In this document: in pieces, positions 63,313-64,000 of the stretch
How positions within the stretch are numbered: position 1 is the first letter of the stretch
Layout of the letters: every line of letters begins with the position of its first letter
Sequence record: OR644643.1
DNA: 64,000 nt
Origin: Klebsiella phage NU-KP11
Strand: one strand, 5' to 3'
Notes under the pieces: generated by a model
Told to the model about the DNA's origin: nothing
The model's input: the letters and a program-made list of their open reading frames with translations, nothing else
Databases searched by the model: none
Made by a program: the position numbers and the translations under genes

Positions 63313-63687
63313 ATGAAATTTAAAAACATGCCTTCGGCTAACGAAACCCGCGCTAGTGGTGAATCTATTCTGAAAACTGCCCGTGAAATGTGGGCCGACG
63401 ACCGGATAGAATCCGGGAAAGGTTACGTATTTCGTAAAGGATTTGGTGAATTTTATATTGCATCAACCTTTATAGTAGGGTATAGTTGTTTAGGAATCGC
63501 GTGGATGCAACGATATCTTGAACGTGCTGTTCTTTTTGTGATACGTTTTCTGTTTACATTGATCAGCGTAGTGATTAGCATCCCATTTCTGAGCATCGCC
63601 TTGTTTGTTAACGTAAAAACAGGCGAAATTACAAAATTAGGCAAACTGGTATCTAAAAAATATGAAAAGAATTCTGACAAGACTTGA
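63313..63687 (+). CDS. Hypothetical membrane protein
   Basis: 124 aa with two TM segments. GGAGA SD. Confidence 0.45.
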   Translation: MKFKNMPSANETRASGESILKTAREMWADDRIESGKGYVFRKGFGEFYIASTFIVGYSCLGIAWMQRYLERAVLFVIRFLFTLISVVISIPFLSIALFVNVKTGEITKLGKLVSKKYEKNSDKT

Positions 63688-64000
63688 CATTCACAAATAT
63701 GCAATTAAAATTGGTGACATGAAACGCGGAACCTTCAAGAAATTCGAAGGCGTGGATCTGAAAGAAAACGGGTTTTACCTGGTAGTTGATGATAAAACAG
63801 GGCGCGTAGTATTCCGTTTCTACGTAGCACCAAATCAACGCCGTAAAACTGGTGCTAGTCGTACTCTGTTACGTATCAAGCGCCGCGAACACGAACCGTC
63901 TGCGATGGTTGCGATGCTGGAAAGTGCTTCTCTGTACTATGTAGCACATGACAAAATCAAAAACCTGTTCGGTTTCCCGAACCTCAACGGATCAACGTTC
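63662..64000 (+). CDS. Hypothetical protein, 5' part (runs off the window end; possibly in the denB/ndd-region slot)
   Basis: Open frame MKRILTRLDIHKYAIKIGDMKRGTFKKFEG... continues to the window end. An alternative start is at 63720. Confidence 0.35.
   Translation, partial: MKRILTRLDIHKYAIKIGDMKRGTFKKFEGVDLKENGFYLVVDDKTGRVVFRFYVAPNQRRKTGASRTLLRIKRREHEPSAMVAMLESASLYYVAHDKIKNLFGFPNLNGSTF

Noticed and set aside
1-64000. CRISPR arrays, IS elements or transposases, integrases, self-splicing introns or homing endonucleases
   Set aside because: None were seen. The td and nrdB frames are continuous. There are no repeat-spacer arrays and no terminal inverted repeats flanking transposase-like ORFs. 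The only GIY-YIG protein is the canonical endonuclease II.

Overview
This window is a 64 kb segment of a T4-like (Tevenvirinae-type) myovirus genome. It is coding-dense, about 40% GC, and shows no IS elements, CRISPR arrays or self-splicing introns. Genes were recognised by remembered similarity to T4 proteins read directly from the ORF translations, plus synteny.

Coordinates 1-31185 are almost entirely minus-strand, in this order: baseplate genes 54-48-29-28 (with 27 divergent on the plus strand), a run of small ORFs, DNA ligase 30, a HAD hydrolase, a NADAR/YbiA-like protein, a GrcA-like glycyl-radical cofactor, two tRNAs, co-chaperonin 31, dCMP deaminase, polynucleotide kinase pseT, a spanin pair, RNA ligase 1, endonuclease II denA, a DUF4326-like protein, nrdB, nrdA, td, frd, an unusual 569-aa J-domain protein, recombination nuclease 46/47 and late sigma factor 55.

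A 300 bp AT-rich, GATC- and palindrome-rich divergent control region sits at 31186-31489. Beyond it everything is plus-strand: rnh, dsbA, 33, 59, 32, 45, 44, 62, regA, 43, uvsX, 40, 41, an about 2.8 kb accessory insert carrying a gamma-class amino-methyltransferase and a TraR/DksA zinc finger, 61, dCTPase 56, dda, dexA, a run of small early ORFs each with its own promoter, fused topoisomerase 39/60, 52, a SprT-like protease, rIIA and rIIB.

Two differences from the T4 map stand out. Gene 43 abuts uvsX, with no imm/42/beta-gt between them. No alc or alpha-gt occupies its T4 position either, although 56, cd and denA are retained.

Regulatory architecture is readable from the sequence. There are many GC-rich tetraloop hairpins. 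Sigma70-like promoters (TTGACa/TTGCAt, 17 bp spacer, TGnTATAnT) recur, in several of which the -35 hexamer lies inside the upstream terminator hairpin. The initial transcribed sequence CATCGAAACGAAACA is conserved across them.

All homology statements are from memory of T4 protein sequences and motifs; no database search was run.
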